Source of the DNA: Chamaesiphon sp. | GTDB taxonomy: Bacteria; Cyanobacteriota; Cyanobacteriia; Cyanobacteriales; Chamaesiphonaceae | Direction: 5' to 3' | DNA length: 64,000 nt | NCBI GenBank assembly: GCA_965246715.1 | Contig: CBDFFH010000041.1 | Location: 64,001 to 128,000 of the forward strand | In this document: in pieces, positions 29,400 through 40,178 of the stretch | Numbering within the stretch: the stretch's first letter is position 1 | Layout of the letters: each line of letters begins with the position of its first letter | Made by a program: the position numbers and the translations under genes | The notes under the pieces: model-generated | The model's input: only the letters and a program-made list of their open reading frames with translations | Database searches by the model: none | Told to the model about the DNA's origin: nothing

Positions 29400-30671
29400 T
29401 CATTTACCTCGATACATTTCAGTAACCACTGTCGCTAAACGTTTCATCGCGATCGCAATATCTTCATCGCTGGCGGTAAGACTGATACGGATGCATTGTT
29501 GTTTGTGTGCCCAGTCTTCGCGCAAACCAGGGAAAAATGAATTGCCAGGGACGACGATAATACCGACTTGCTTGAGGGCTTGATACAGTTCCCAATCGGT
29601 TCCGGGGAGATCTTGGAACCACATCCACGCAAAAATCGCGCCTTCGCCCCGGTGCAGGAACCAGGGCAGATCTTGGGGCATCGATTCATTCAATCCGGCT
29701 TCGAGGACGGTGAATTTGTGCTGGTAATATGGACGAATGACGCTAGTTGCCAAATCTGCTAACCGCCCACTGGCAATGGCTTTAGCCGCGATCGCTTGTC
29801 CGTAGCGGGAGGAGTGGATGCACATATTAGTTTGGAATGATTCCAACGCACCAATGTATTTTTCACTACCTAAAGCAATCCCGATTCTTTCTCCAGGCAA
29901 TCCCGCCTTGGATAAGCTCATACAGTGCAGAATATTTTCACCAAATACCGGAGTCATCTCTGTAAAGTTGAGTGCTGGAAATGGTGGGGCATAAGCCGAA
30001 TCGATCAACACTGGCGCATCGTAACTAGCTGCTAGAGCGGCGATCTTCTGGACTTCTTCATCTGTAAGCACATTACCTGTGGGATTGCAGGGACGCGAAA
30101 ATAAGACGCAACCAGTATCTTCACAGATTTGTAACTGACTGAAATCTGGGCGATATTTAAAGCTATGATGGGCAGCATCGATATCTAACGTCGGCTTATA
30201 AGCAACTACCGAATCTGGTGCGATTGCCATCCCCCCATAACCCGTATAATCGGGACTCAACGGTAAGACTACCTGTTTCATGTTTCCGCTAGCCGTATGC
30301 CCACCAAAGGCATTGGTGGCATAGAAATATAGACTTTGGCTGCCAGGAGTGATTAAGACATTTCGCGCAGTCAAAGCCAGCTGATAACGCTGATTAAAAT
30401 CGGTGACGATCGCATCGATTAAGGGTTGATAACCTTGACTCGACCCATATCTACAGACAACTTCGCCATAATCGGGACCAGCTAATAATTCATGTGTATA
30501 ATCTCGCCACATTTGCTCGATCTCTGGCAAAATCACTGGATTACCCGCGCTCAGATTGATAAACTCTTGCCCTTTTCGAGCTGAGAGCGTCTCTTGAATA
30601 TCCTTCATGATGGCGCGAACGCCGCTCAGATTGGACATTTGGGTGCCGATTTGCGATAGTGCGAGATTCAT
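29400..30671 (-). CDS. avtA: Valine--pyruvate transaminase
   Basis: SGVRAIMKDI, SRPCNPTGN, DSAY, SLSKAGLPGERIG, EGAIFAW. Confidence 0.92.
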   Translation of the reverse strand: MNLALSQIGTQMSNLSGVRAIMKDIQETLSARKGQEFINLSAGNPVILPEIEQMWRDYTHELLAGPDYGEVVCRYGSSQGYQPLIDAIVTDFNQRYQLALTARNVLITPGSQSLYFYATNAFGGHTASGNMKQVVLPLSPDYTGYGGMAIAPDSVVAYKPTLDIDAAHHSFKYRPDFSQLQICEDTGCVLFSRPCNPTGNVLTDEEVQKIAALAASYDAPVLIDSAYAPPFPALNFTEMTPVFGENILHCMSLSKAGLPGERIGIALGSEKYIGALESFQTNMCIHSSRYGQAIAAKAIASGRLADLATSVIRPYYQHKFTVLEAGLNESMPQDLPWFLHRGEGAIFAWMWFQDLPGTDWELYQALKQVGIIVVPGNSFFPGLREDWAHKQQCIRISLTASDEDIAIAMKRLATVVTEMYRGK

Positions 30672-30892
30672 AATAACGAAGGGCGATCGATCCGAAGTTA
30701 CAGACATTATAAACAACGACTCTACCAAGTTGTCTATAATTGAGTCTCGCTGAAGGTATCAATTTCAATCGAAAAACTAGATCTAATGTACGCCAAATGA
30801 CTAAAACTCATTAATTAAGCGTCAGCGGAAATTAAAGTGTAGGTAATGGGTTAAATGACGATCGATCGCTAACAAATCAGGAGGTAAATAAC

Positions 30893-32026
30893 TTGACTAG
30901 AGTTGGAATTGGGATTCGCACGGCAACCAAACGGACAGAACGTGCTAAAGGACAAATTCACGTCTATGATGGGGCGGGTAAAGGTAAATCCCAAGCTGCT
31001 TTGGGTGTGGTATTACGCACGATCGGGTTGGGTATCGAGTCGGGTGCAGATACTCGGATCTTGTTACTCCAGTTTTTGAAAGGAGCCGATCGGGAGTACG
31101 ATGAGGATGCCGCGATCGCCGCGCTCAGAAGAAGTTTTCCCCATTTAATCGATCGAGTCCGAACGGGTAGGTCGGAATATTTCGGTAGAGATGAAGTCAT
31201 CGAATTCGATCGAGCCGAAGCCAATCGGGCTTGGACGATTGCTAAAGGCGCGATTTTCTCGGATTTATATTCGGTCATCGTGCTCGATGAAATGAATCCT
31301 GCGTTGGACTTAGGCTTGCTCGATGTCGCTGAAGTCGTAAACATCCTACAAGCCAAACCCATTCACCTCGAAGTGATCGTGACTGGGAGAGACACCCCCA
31401 CAGCTTTACTGGAGATTGCCGATTTACATTCAGAGATGAAGGCACATCATCACCCCGAAGCCGCAGCGCAAGGGATTAGGGGCATCGAAATTTATACAGG
31501 TGCAGGTAAAGGTAAATCTACTAGCGCACTCGGCAAAGCCTTACAAGCGATCGGGAAAGGCATCGGCGAAGACCGATCCCATCGAGTATTAATTATGCAA
31601 TGGCTCAAAGGTGGTACTGGCTATACAGAAGATGCCGCGATCGATGCTCTGAAAAAAAGTTATCCACAATTAGTAGACCATCATCGGTGCGGTGGCGATG
31701 CGATCGTGTGGCGCGGCAAACAGCAGGAGATCGACTTTATTGAGGCCGAAAGAGGCTGGGAAATCGCCAGTAGTGCGATTGCCTCTGGACTCTATAAGAC
31801 CATTATTCTCGACGAGTTAAACCCTACGGTCGATTTAGATCTGCTCCCCCAAGATCCGATCGTCCAATGCCTGCTCGATAAACCTGAAGATACTCAAGTA
31901 ATTATTACGGGACGCTGTTTTAATACTCCCGCCTACTTCGATCTTGCTAGCGTCCATTCGGAAATGATCTGTCACAAACATTATGCCGATCGGGGTGTAG
32001 ATCTCAGAAGAGGCGTGGATTTTTAG
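30893..32026 (+). CDS. cobO: Cob(I)yrinic acid a,c-diamide adenosyltransferase (tandem two-domain CobO/BtuR type)
   Basis: Two GAGKGKS P-loops, each followed by LDE and TGR motifs. Confidence 0.88.
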   Translation: MTRVGIGIRTATKRTERAKGQIHVYDGAGKGKSQAALGVVLRTIGLGIESGADTRILLLQFLKGADREYDEDAAIAALRRSFPHLIDRVRTGRSEYFGRDEVIEFDRAEANRAWTIAKGAIFSDLYSVIVLDEMNPALDLGLLDVAEVVNILQAKPIHLEVIVTGRDTPTALLEIADLHSEMKAHHHPEAAAQGIRGIEIYTGAGKGKSTSALGKALQAIGKGIGEDRSHRVLIMQWLKGGTGYTEDAAIDALKKSYPQLVDHHRCGGDAIVWRGKQQEIDFIEAERGWEIASSAIASGLYKTIILDELNPTVDLDLLPQDPIVQCLLDKPEDTQVIITGRCFNTPAYFDLASVHSEMICHKHYADRGVDLRRGVDF

Positions 32027-32051
32027 TTAATTGTTATTTGTTTTATCTCCC

Positions 32052-33089
32052 ATGAACCGCACTAACCCCGAACTCTGGACGCAACTCCTCCAACAACTCC
32101 TCGATGGTCGATCGCTCAGTCGATCGCAATCAACCACACTCATGCAGGGCTGGCTCAACGGTGACATTCCGCCCGTCCTTTCTGGAGCGATTTTAGCGGC
32201 TTTAGAAGCCAAAAAAATTACCGTCCCCGAACTTGCAGGAATGGCGCAGGTATTGCAATCACCCGCGATCGAATATCCATTTCCAGTCATCGACACCTGC
32301 GGTACTGGTGGCGATGGCGCATCCACCTTTAATATCTCCACTGCAGTGGCATTTGTTGCGGCAGCAGCAGGGGTCAAAGTAGCAAAACATGGGAGTAGGT
32401 CTGCATCCAGTCGCGTCGGCTCCGCAGACGTATTAGAGGCGCTGGGAGTAAGGTTGACCGCTCCATCAGAATGTGTGACCGCTGCATTAGATAAAGTCGG
32501 CATCACTTTTTTATTCGCCCCTGGCTGGCACCCCGCCATGAAAGCCGTGGCTCCGCTGCGTCAGGAATTAAAAATTAGGACGGTATTCAACCTCATCGGC
32601 CCGCTCGTCAATCCCCTGCGCCCAACCGGACAAATTATCGGGGTATTTACATCACATTTGCTGGAAACGATCGCTGAAGCAGCAGGTCTTTTAGGTACTC
32701 AACAAGCGATCGTGCTACACGGACGCGAGGGGTTGGATGAGGCTGGTTTGGGCGATGCCACAGACTTGGCAATTTTAACTAATGGTGAAGTCAAACTTAC
32801 TAGCATCGATCCTGTGGAATTGGGACTTACCCCCGCACCACTTTCGGCACTCAAAGGCGGAGATGTCGCCGAAAATGCGGCAATTCTCACCGCAATTTTG
32901 CAAGGTAAAGGGACTCCCGCCCAACGCGATGCAGTCGCACTCAATGCGGGCTTAGCGTTGCAAGTGGGTAATCTCGTACCCTTGGGAGCACATCAGCAAG
33001 GGGTAGAGCTGGCAAAAATAGTAATGAGTAGTGGCGCGGCTTGGGATAAGTTGACTGAATTAGTTAAGTTTTTGGATGTAGTGGACTAA
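32052..33089 (+). CDS. trpD: Anthranilate phosphoribosyltransferase
   Basis: [26 protein letters not shown]. Confidence 0.96.
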   Translation: MNRTNPELWTQLLQQLLDGRSLSRSQSTTLMQGWLNGDIPPVLSGAILAALEAKKITVPELAGMAQVLQSPAIEYPFPVIDTCGTGGDGASTFNISTAVAFVAAAAGVKVAKHGSRSASSRVGSADVLEALGVRLTAPSECVTAALDKVGITFLFAPGWHPAMKAVAPLRQELKIRTVFNLIGPLVNPLRPTGQIIGVFTSHLLETIAEAAGLLGTQQAIVLHGREGLDEAGLGDATDLAILTNGEVKLTSIDPVELGLTPAPLSALKGGDVAENAAILTAILQGKGTPAQRDAVALNAGLALQVGNLVPLGAHQQGVELAKIVMSSGAAWDKLTELVKFLDVVD

Positions 33090-33190
33090 CATCTTGGCAT
33101 TCCTGAATTCAGGGATGATTTATTTTAGGGGTAAACCCTAAATTCCCAGGGAATTTCATATTTCTCTTTTCTTTGAATCGATCGCTTATT

Positions 33191-34159
33191 TTAAGTACTC
33201 TTTACTAGCTTTTTGGATTTTAGATTAGATGATGTCAATTTACGTTTGAACGCGATAATCGCACCACCAGCAATGAGCGAACCCAAGATCGTTGTTGGTT
33301 CGGGGACAGATGTAGACACGGTATTAAATGCTAAATTACCGATGAGCTGATGTCCGGTGGTAGTCGGGTGAAACGGGTCCCAAAATAGATAAGAATTAGG
33401 ATCGTTACAGATACCAGACGCGCTCAAGCATGAGTCGGTGACATTGGTAAATCCAAAATTGCTAGGATTGGTAGCAACCTGTTTAAATAATGAATTAACG
33501 TCTAATAAAGTCAAATTAACGCTAGGATTAAGTTTGCGTAAATTATCAATACCCACTGCTAGACCTTGATTATGGAATTGGGTCAAAGTATTCAAAGCTA
33601 TCGCATTAGCAGGAACCTGATTAACAAGCGGAATGGCACCTAAATCCGGTAAATTGGAAACTAAAATGTTTTTAGCACCGCGTCGGGCCAGCGCAGAGAT
33701 CTCCCCAGCCAAATTATCGAGGGGTATAGTTGGATCTGTACTTCCACCGCCTAGATAATCATTGGCTCCGCCCCAAATAATATAGAGGGCATTAGCATCG
33801 CTAATAGAACTACCTGCAAGCTGATTTTGAATTCCACCCAAAGCAGCAACGCCCGAGGTGGTATTTACCTTTCCCGTCGTGGCACCACCTGCCGCGAAAT
33901 TAGTATTTTTATCGATTGCTAAACCTAGACTGGCGGCTAGATACTCCACCCAAATCGGGCCGTTAGAGAACTTGCCACCAGTAGCAGCACCATACGGTGG
34001 AGCAGGATCGCTTGTAGTCTTCGTTAGGTCATATGCTCGACCCAGATCGGACAAGCTATCGCCATAGACAACCAATTGACTGAATGTTGCCGCGATCGCG
34101 TTCATCGGGGCGAGAGTAGCTGCTAAAATCAATCCACAAACGATCGAAAATCTTTTCAT
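33191..34159 (-). CDS. SGNH/GDSL hydrolase with PEP-CTERM sorting signal
   Basis: Signal peptide, GDSLSD, GANDY, DPFHP, VPEP plus TM helix and basic tail. Confidence 0.92.
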   Translation of the reverse strand: MKRFSIVCGLILAATLAPMNAIAATFSQLVVYGDSLSDLGRAYDLTKTTSDPAPPYGAATGGKFSNGPIWVEYLAASLGLAIDKNTNFAAGGATTGKVNTTSGVAALGGIQNQLAGSSISDANALYIIWGGANDYLGGGSTDPTIPLDNLAGEISALARRGAKNILVSNLPDLGAIPLVNQVPANAIALNTLTQFHNQGLAVGIDNLRKLNPSVNLTLLDVNSLFKQVATNPSNFGFTNVTDSCLSASGICNDPNSYLFWDPFHPTTTGHQLIGNLAFNTVSTSVPEPTTILGSLIAGGAIIAFKRKLTSSNLKSKKLVKST

Positions 34160-34390
34160 GTGGTTTATTTTGGTTCCGATCGAACCAAATAAGAATTAGA
34201 TCGAATACAAAAGAAATACCTTCTTTATATATTAATAGTACCCTCACCCATGTGATGTAGTAACAAGCACGATCGCTAAAACTGCTTGTTAAATTTAATA
34301 CAGCAGTCGATCGATAAGGTCGAGAATTCAAGCATGAGAACATCAGTGGAGCATTTACCATAAATTATCCTAAGTGGGGAAGCACCCGAT

Positions 34391-34415
34391 TCTCCTCTCA
34401 AAGAGGCTGCGCCAA
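34391..34415 (-). mobile_element. SDR5-like small repeat inserted in HIP1 core
   Basis: CG|TTGGCGCAGCCTCTTTGAGAGGAGA|ATCG; removing it restores CGATCG. Confidence 0.7.
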
Positions 34416-34479
34416 CGATTTACTGAAGTTCCAGTTTACAAATATGTGGCGTGAGGAATCGAGTAAAACAATCGATTCC

Positions 34480-34712
34480 ACAAGGCATAGCGTCTCAGCA
34501 AGCATTGAAAATAACTATCGATTTCGACTTTATTCGCATTGCGGATTGGAGGTAATTGCGTGAAGACAAGCATTTAAAACTAGATCTTTGACGTTATCCA
34601 ATCCATGAGTTCTGATATATAAAAAGGCGCGACTCAACCCTTTGGCGATCGCATCGGCAAATTCAGCTCTAGATAAATCCCAATCTCGATCGTCGATTTT
34701 CAATGTACTCAT
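34480..34712 (-). pseudogene. 5' fragment of a hypothetical gene
   Basis: KGLSRAFL...NACLH...PQCE*SRNR*LFSML: protein-like reading continues through two in-frame stops. Confidence 0.5.
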
Positions 34713-34773
34713 ATGTTAAAATTAGCCCTTCTCAAGTTTCGTTGATAAATTATAGTTGTTGAGGGTCGATCGG

Positions 34774-35697
34774 ATGAGTGGCTTAAAAGGTCGGGATTTA
34801 CTGAGCATGACAGATCTCAGTACTGAGGAGACGCTCGCGCTATTACAACTTGCTGCCGACCTCAAGCAGGGCAAGATTAAGCCAGTTTGTCAGCAGACTT
34901 TGGGATTACTTTTTTATAAGGCTTCGACGCGCACTCGGGTAAGTTTTTTTGCGGCGATGACGCAGTTAGGCGGACAGGTGATCGATTTGAATATCGGTGC
35001 GATGCAAATCGGTCGGGGCGAACCATTGGCTGACACGGCGCGGGTATTAGATCGGTATCTAGATGTCTTGGCAATTCGTACTTTCGACCACGCTGACGTA
35101 CATACTTATGCCAAGTATGCGCGGATGCCGATTATTAATGCCTTGACAGACTTCGAGCATCCGTGTCAAGTATTAGCAGATTTGCAGACGATTCAGGAAA
35201 ATTTCGGACAGTTGGCAGGATTGAAGCTTGCCTATCTGGGCGATGGCAATAATATGGCACACTCGCTGATGCTGGGTTGTGCGATCGTGGGGATGGATAT
35301 CGCGATCGCCTGTCCTGCTAATTTTATGCCAGATCCACAGGTAGTTACTCAAGCAAAATCGATCGCGGCAATTAAAGGTACACAAATAATCGTCACCCAA
35401 TCTGCCGAGGAAGCTGTCAGTGGGGCGAATATAGTATATACCGATGTCTGGGCGAGTATGGGACAAGAATCAGAATCGGATACGCGCATTCCGGTGTTCC
35501 AACCCTATCAAGTCAATGCCCAGTTACTAACCATCGCCGATTCTAGCTCGATCGTGTTGCACTGTCTACCAGCTCATCGGGGTGAAGAGATTACTGATGA
35601 TGTCTTAGAAGGTACTCGATCGCGTGTCTGGGATCAAGCTGAAAACCGGATGCACGCTCAGAAAGCTCTATTGGCAAGCGTTCTAGGTGCTGTTTGA
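34774..35697 (+). CDS. argF: Ornithine carbamoyltransferase
   Basis: STRTR, HPCQ, DVWASMG, HCLP. Confidence 0.96.
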   Translation: MSGLKGRDLLSMTDLSTEETLALLQLAADLKQGKIKPVCQQTLGLLFYKASTRTRVSFFAAMTQLGGQVIDLNIGAMQIGRGEPLADTARVLDRYLDVLAIRTFDHADVHTYAKYARMPIINALTDFEHPCQVLADLQTIQENFGQLAGLKLAYLGDGNNMAHSLMLGCAIVGMDIAIACPANFMPDPQVVTQAKSIAAIKGTQIIVTQSAEEAVSGANIVYTDVWASMGQESESDTRIPVFQPYQVNAQLLTIADSSSIVLHCLPAHRGEEITDDVLEGTRSRVWDQAENRMHAQKALLASVLGAV

Positions 35698-35837
35698 TGC
35701 TGTTAGATTTTTGCTAACACTCCACTATCTAGATGAATAATTTGCTCTAGCAATCTCGATCGAGTCTAGAATACAAGGGATAGGTAGACTTTATCTTCTC
35801 AACACTCGACCGCCGCAGCCGGCGCACAAGCTTCGCA

Positions 35838-38350
35838 ATGCCAACCGCCACCACCTCCACTCTTACCCATCGTCCGCAACTGCTCGCGCCAGCCGGAAAT
35901 TGGGAATGTGCCAAAGCCGCGATCGAAAATGGTGCAGACGCGATCTATTTTGGGTTGGAGCGGTTTAATGCCAGAATGCGGGCGGATAACTTTACCGAAG
36001 GCGATTTACCCGAATTGATGTCGTGGTTGCATCAGCGTGGTGTCAAGGGCTATGTCACGCTGAACACGCTGATTTTTACTCAAGAGTTACCCGCCGTCGA
36101 GCAGTATCTTCGCAGCATTATTTTAGCGGGTGTCGATGCCGCGATCGTTCAAGATGCGGGAATTTGTCGGTTAATTCGGCATTTATCGCCAGATTTTCCG
36201 ATTCATGCGTCTACCCAGATGACCGTGACGAGTGCGGCTGGGGTAGAATTTGCCCATGAATTGGGCTGCAATTTAGTTGTCTTGGCGCGAGAATGTTCGC
36301 TGACAGAAATCGAGAAGATTCAGTCACAATTAGGCGATCGCAAGATCTCAATTCCCTTAGAAGTATTCGTGCATGGTGCCTTGTGCGTTGCCTATTCTGG
36401 GCAATGTTTGACGAGCGAATCATTAGGCGGTCGATCGGCAAATCGGGGTGAATGTGCCCAAGCTTGTCGGATGCCTTACGATCTGATTGTCGATAATGAA
36501 TTATATAATTTAGGCGATCGGAAATACCTACTCAGTCCTCAAGATTTAGCTGGAATTTCGGTATTACCAGAAATAGTTAAAACTGGTGTGAGCTGTCTGA
36601 AGATTGAAGGACGACTCAAAACACCTGAATATGTGGCGAGCGTGACGCGAGTTTATCGATCTGCTTTAGATAAGATTTGTGCAGATTTAGCACTGGAACC
36701 AGATCGAGATCGCGATACATACAATCTGGAAATGGCATTCTCTCGGGGCTTATATACTGGCTGGTTTGAAGGCATCGACAATCAAGCTTTAGTACATGCC
36801 AGATTTGGAAAAAAACGGGGTGTATATTTAGGCGAAGTAACCAGAGTTTATCCCGATCGCGAGGCAATTACGATCGATCCGATTGCCGATATTAAAGCTG
36901 GTGATGGGATCGTCTTCGACTGCGGACACCCAGAAGTCAGGGAAGAGGGCGGACGGGTATATGAGGTATTTAAAGGTAATGGTAATAATGCTGAAACTAT
37001 GCTCTCCTTCGGGCGCGGCGCTGTGAATTTTCGGCAGGTTTCGATCGGTGATAAAATCTGGAAAACCAGCGATCCAGAATTAGATAAAAAAGTCCGTCAG
37101 ACTTATGCAGGCGATGTCCCACAATTTCAACGTCCGATCGATTTAGAAATACATGGAGCAGTCAACCAGCCACTGATTGCGATCGCCCGCGATGAGCTGG
37201 GGCATGTGGTCCAAGTAGAATCGGAGCTATTATTAGTTTCCGCCCAAAATCAACCATTAACTACCGACAAACTCAAATCCCAATTAGGACGATTGGGAAA
37301 TACGCCGTTTTGTTTGGGGAATTTGACAAATAATTTAGTTGGTGAGCCGATCTTACCTGTCAGCGCACTCAACCAACTGCGACGGGAATTAGTTAATAAA
37401 TTAACAAAGGTGCGCAGCCAACCCAAACAGTGGCAATTATCGCCAACTAGTCAATTAAAAGATCTCTTGCCTGAAGTTGGAAATATCTCGATCCAGCCAC
37501 CGCAATTAATTATTTTAGTGCGTAAATTAGACCAAATTCCCGCTGCGATCGCATCCGGTGCGGTGCTGATTTATTGCGAACTCGAAGATCCGCGTAAATA
37601 TCGCGAAGCAGTCCAATTAGTTCGCGCCGCCAAACAGACAAAAATCAATCCGCCGCAGATATTTGTGGCACCACCACGAATTACTAAATCTGGTGAAAAT
37701 TGGATTTTAGAACAAGTGCGATCGAGTGATGCTGATGGTTATTTAATCAGAAATTACGACCAGTTAGAGTTTTTTAAAAGCGAACGGTGTGTCGGAGATT
37801 TTGCCCTAAATGTGGCGAATTCACTAGCTGCTGAGTATTTCTATCAAAACTATACTTTAGAGCGGCTGACGGCTTCCTACGACCTAAATATCGACCAATT
37901 AACCGCCTTGATCCGTAGTTGTCCCCGCGACTGGTTTGAAGTGACGATCCACCAACACATGCCGATGTTTCATATGGAGCATTGCGTTTTCTGTGCGTTC
38001 TTATCTGAAGGAACCGATTATACCAATTGCGGTCGTCCCTGCGAAGAACATCAGGTGAAATTACGCGATCGAGTTGGTACCGAACATATCCTCCAAGCTG
38101 ATGCTGGCTGTCGAAATACGGTATTTAACGGCACCGCTCAAACTGGAGCTGAATATATTCACCGCCTGATTGCATTAGGTGTCTATAATTTTCGGACTCG
38201 AATTTGTCGAATGAATCACCAGCACAAATAAGTCAAACAATCGGTTATTATCAACAATTAATCGGCGGTCAAATTAGTGGTACCGAACTGTGGAAAGATC
38301 TGAATCTGATCGATCGATTAGGTGTCACTCGTGGTTCTTTAGGTGTTTAA
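35838..38350 (+). CDS. U32-family protein (RlhA-like, DUF3656), frameshifted near 3' end
   Basis: LLAPAG, HGALCVAYSGQC, ANRGECAQACR, KIEGR; C-terminus ...LGVTRGSLGV* restored by removing extra bases at about 38196 and 38209. Confidence 0.9.
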
Positions 38351-38469
38351 AAATACGGGTTTATAGGGAAAGTTTCTGCTTTTGATTTCAATAGCTCGAG
38401 CGATATCAAGCATAAAACCACGAATCTCACTAGTAAACATAAAAGATGTTTAGTCTCATGATACTAGTT

Positions 38470-38686
38470 AACGTGAGTTCGGTTTAAGGATTTTCGCTTA
38501 ATGGCTCCTAGCTTTGTTTATGCACCGCCCTCAAATGAATTTGGGGCTAATAGTGAAAGTCCATTGAAATGGACTGATTAAAAACATGCAGTTATCTTCA
38601 GAGAACTTTTGTTATTAGCCCGAACTTCTAGTCCAGGGCGGTGTTGGAACGCAGCAAATCGAGTTTCCTTATCCCGAACTCACGTT
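38470..38686. mobile_element. 217-bp MITE with target duplication
   Basis: TIRs AACGTGAGTTCGG(T/G)(T/A)TAAGGA; flanking AGTT (or TAGTTA) duplicated. Confidence 0.85.
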
Positions 38687-38732
38687 AGTTAATTACAACT
38701 GTTGTATGATTTTTACATAGAAATGATAAACG

Positions 38733-39149
38733 ATGACACAATTCATGCTAATTATTAGCGATCCATCTAAAATTATTTTAGAAGATTTAAATATTGATAG
38801 TATTTCTATAAATGACTCAAGCAGCTTTTTGAAAAATATAGCAAATCAATTATTTACTCAGGAGCAACTAGATTTATGTTGGTATCCTGCGAGCGAGAGA
38901 TATAGGGAACCTGTCCACGATCTATTCAACGAAGCTTATAACTTTGTTGCTGAAGGGCAAGATTTTACTGAAACAGTTTTTGGTAAACTTATACTGAGAG
39001 TATTACCAACATGCCAAGAAGTTGCAATCTGGTATTCTGATAATTTTCAAGATTTACCTTCTTCAAACGACGAAAAAGAGTTTGTTAAGCTAATTAGTTA
39101 TGAAATGCAAAAAGGCTTAGGAGAGACATACTTGAGGTTTAAGCAGTAA
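38733..39149 (+). CDS. Hypothetical protein (AT-rich)
   Basis: 138-aa ORF; no recognised motif. Confidence 0.6.
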   Translation: MTQFMLIISDPSKIILEDLNIDSISINDSSSFLKNIANQLFTQEQLDLCWYPASERYREPVHDLFNEAYNFVAEGQDFTETVFGKLILRVLPTCQEVAIWYSDNFQDLPSSNDEKEFVKLISYEMQKGLGETYLRFKQ

Positions 39150-39200
39150 TTTCCTTTCTATATTTAGGTATTACTATTTTCTCGAACGGTTATTGGTGAG

Positions 39201-39266
39201 TCAGGGCGGGTTTTAGCTCAAGGTTACGAGTAAAACCAAAATCAACTTCATCAACCCGCCCCCACA
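39201..39266. repeat. Degenerate GGGCGGGTT...AACCCGCCC REP-like element
   Basis: Inverted arms between convergent genes. Confidence 0.55.
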
Positions 39267-39282
39267 GATCCCAAGTAGGCAA

Positions 39283-40002
39283 TTATTCCATTTGAGCGAT
39301 GATGACAGTAATATTATCGCTACCGCCGTGCTGCTTGGCTGCATCGATTAGGGATTGCGCCGATTCTTCGATCGTACCTGTGTGCAGATGGCTGGCGATT
39401 TCATCATGGGGGACTTCTTCAGTCAAGCCATCGCTGCACAATAACACCCGATCGCCAGAGACGACATCTTGAGTTTGAATGTTGATCTGACGCAAATCGC
39501 GACGACCCAAACAATGCGAGAGTACGTGACGAAGGGGATGAATTTTGGCTTCCTCAGCATTGAGCTGCCCCAATTTCATCGCTCTAGCCACCCAAGTATC
39601 ATCTTCGGTAATTGCATCTAATTTATCGCCTCTGAGCCGATACAGTCGCGAGTCACCGACATGAGCAGACCAGACCAAATCATCGCGGAACAAGATCATC
39701 ACGATTGTCGTGCCCATATCGCCGCGTTGGGCGTTCTTTTCTTGATCGGCCACAATTGCATCGTTAGCCGCAATTAGCGATTGTACCAGCAGATTTTTGG
39801 TGTCGGGTTCGGTTTCCCAATGTTGGCTCAGATATGTGTGTGTCGTTTCGATCGCGATCCGACTGGCTTCTTCCCCACCAGCATGACCGCCCATACCATC
39901 GGCGACAATAAAAAATCGTCCTTCAGGATCGATATGATATGCATCTTGGTTGGCACTACGTACCATACCTTTATCTGAGAGACCTGCGAACAGAGATTTC
40001 AT
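39283..40002 (-). CDS. PP2C-family Ser/Thr phosphatase (PphA-like)
   Basis: NQD, ADGMGGH, MGTT, VGDSR, CSDGL, GGSDN. Confidence 0.93.
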   Translation of the reverse strand: MKSLFAGLSDKGMVRSANQDAYHIDPEGRFFIVADGMGGHAGGEEASRIAIETTHTYLSQHWETEPDTKNLLVQSLIAANDAIVADQEKNAQRGDMGTTIVMILFRDDLVWSAHVGDSRLYRLRGDKLDAITEDDTWVARAMKLGQLNAEEAKIHPLRHVLSHCLGRRDLRQINIQTQDVVSGDRVLLCSDGLTEEVPHDEIASHLHTGTIEESAQSLIDAAKQHGGSDNITVIIAQME

Positions 40003-40178
40003 AGTCTAATGCCTGTACCGATTAACAATCCGAAGTTTTAAAACAGACAAATGGAGAGAAGGCGAGTTTGGATCCAGAGATCGCAGCAGAATTGTTGGCA
40101 ATCCCGATTATCTGGAGAACTTCAGTCAAAGGTTGCCACTATTATATAGTACCCAAATTGGCACTAATCGATCGTAAC

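Noticed and set aside
30893..32026. Tandem two-domain CobO as a novelty
   Set aside because: To my knowledge this is the usual cyanobacterial form.
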